NCBI GenBank assembly: GCA_052390235.1
Contig: JBQTHB010000002.1
Span: forward strand, 448,001-512,000
Origin: Deltaproteobacteria bacterium
GTDB lineage: Bacteria; Desulfobacterota_D; UBA1144; Nemesobacterales; CSP1-2
Direction: 5' to 3'
DNA: 64,000 nucleotides
In this document: one piece after another, positions 63,621-64,000 of the stretch
Numbering within the stretch: the stretch's first letter is position 1
Layout of the letters: each line of letters begins with the position of its first letter
Made by a program: the position numbers and the translations under genes
The notes under the pieces: generated by a model
Databases searched by the model: none
Told to the model about the DNA's origin: nothing
What the model saw: the letters and a program-made list of their open reading frames with translations, nothing else

Positions 63621-64000
63621 CTAGGGGGATTTCTCCAGTACCACGAAGGCGGCGGCGTAATCCCCATCGTGTGATATAGAAACGTGAATCGAGGTTATGC
63701 CCAAATCCCGAATCATCTCCTTGCCCGCTCCCCTGACGATAACGCTGGGCCTGCCGCTCCCGTCTCTTGCGGTTTCAATATCCCGAAGGCGCACCCCCCG
63801 TCCCATCCCAATTCCCAGAGCCTTGAGTAGGGCCTCTTTTACCGCGAAGCTAGAGGCGTATCGCTGATGATTCATCTTATGGCGCTCGCAGTAGGAGATT
63901 TCCGCCTCAGTGAATATTCTACGTTTGAAATTATCCCCCCAACCCTCTAGGAGCTTTTTAATTCTCGGCGTGTGTACGATGTCAATTCCTATTCCGTAGG
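63621..64000 (-). CDS. acpS: Holo-[acyl-carrier-protein] synthase (5' partial)
   Basis: Frame extended by hand to the window edge: GIGIDIV...RIFTEAEISYC...FAVKEALLKALG.G...GRP...VSISHD..YAAAFV. Confidence 0.93.
   Translation of the reverse strand, partial: YGIGIDIVHTPRIKKLLEGWGDNFKRRIFTEAEISYCERHKMNHQRYASSFAVKEALLKALGIGMGRGVRLRDIETARDGSGRPSVIVRGAGKEMIRDLGITSIHVSISHDGDYAAAFVVLEKSP

Overview
Bacterial chromosomal window, mostly core genes. Gene content and synteny suggest a deltaproteobacteria-like (Desulfobacterota-type) lineage, which is an inference. In order it carries the 3' end of prfB, nadK, fmt, a CARDB lipoprotein, rimO and a ClpX-like ATPase. A ~20 kb nitrogen-assimilation supercluster follows: the four-gene Anbu operon (circularly permuted ATP-grasp, alpha-E, Anbu protease, transglutaminase), gltBD, LLM/gloA/nitroreductase-like/lipoprotein globin, ntrB-ntrC, rnc, glnB-glnA. 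The rest is purFL, an M23/LysM gene, surE, tRNA-Pro(GGG), rnhB, dapA, asd, rpiB, a frameshifted crcB, suhB, three tandem Cys/Asp-repeat lipoproteins, uvrA, der, ybeY, an AT-rich stand-alone helicase-nuclease, scpAB, xerD, ahcY, metK, rsmB, rpe, a DnaD-like/DnaC-like pair, an HDAC, folC, hinT, fur and acpS (partial). Best leads: (1) the Anbu operon and glnB-glnA share a sigma54 promoter plus the same tandem enhancer-like boxes, placing the Anbu system in the NtrC regulon; (2) an orphan consensus sigma54 promoter drives an unannotated 30-codon ORF / anti-SD-rich RNA; (3) a recombining array of three secreted disulfide- and DxDxDG-repeat lipoproteins; (4) a lipid-anchored truncated globin with Cys at the E10 ligand position; (5) a horizontally acquired UvrD-PD(D/E)xK Fe-S helicase-nuclease. 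No CRISPR array, IS or prophage was found. All calls come from motif reading; no database searches were run.
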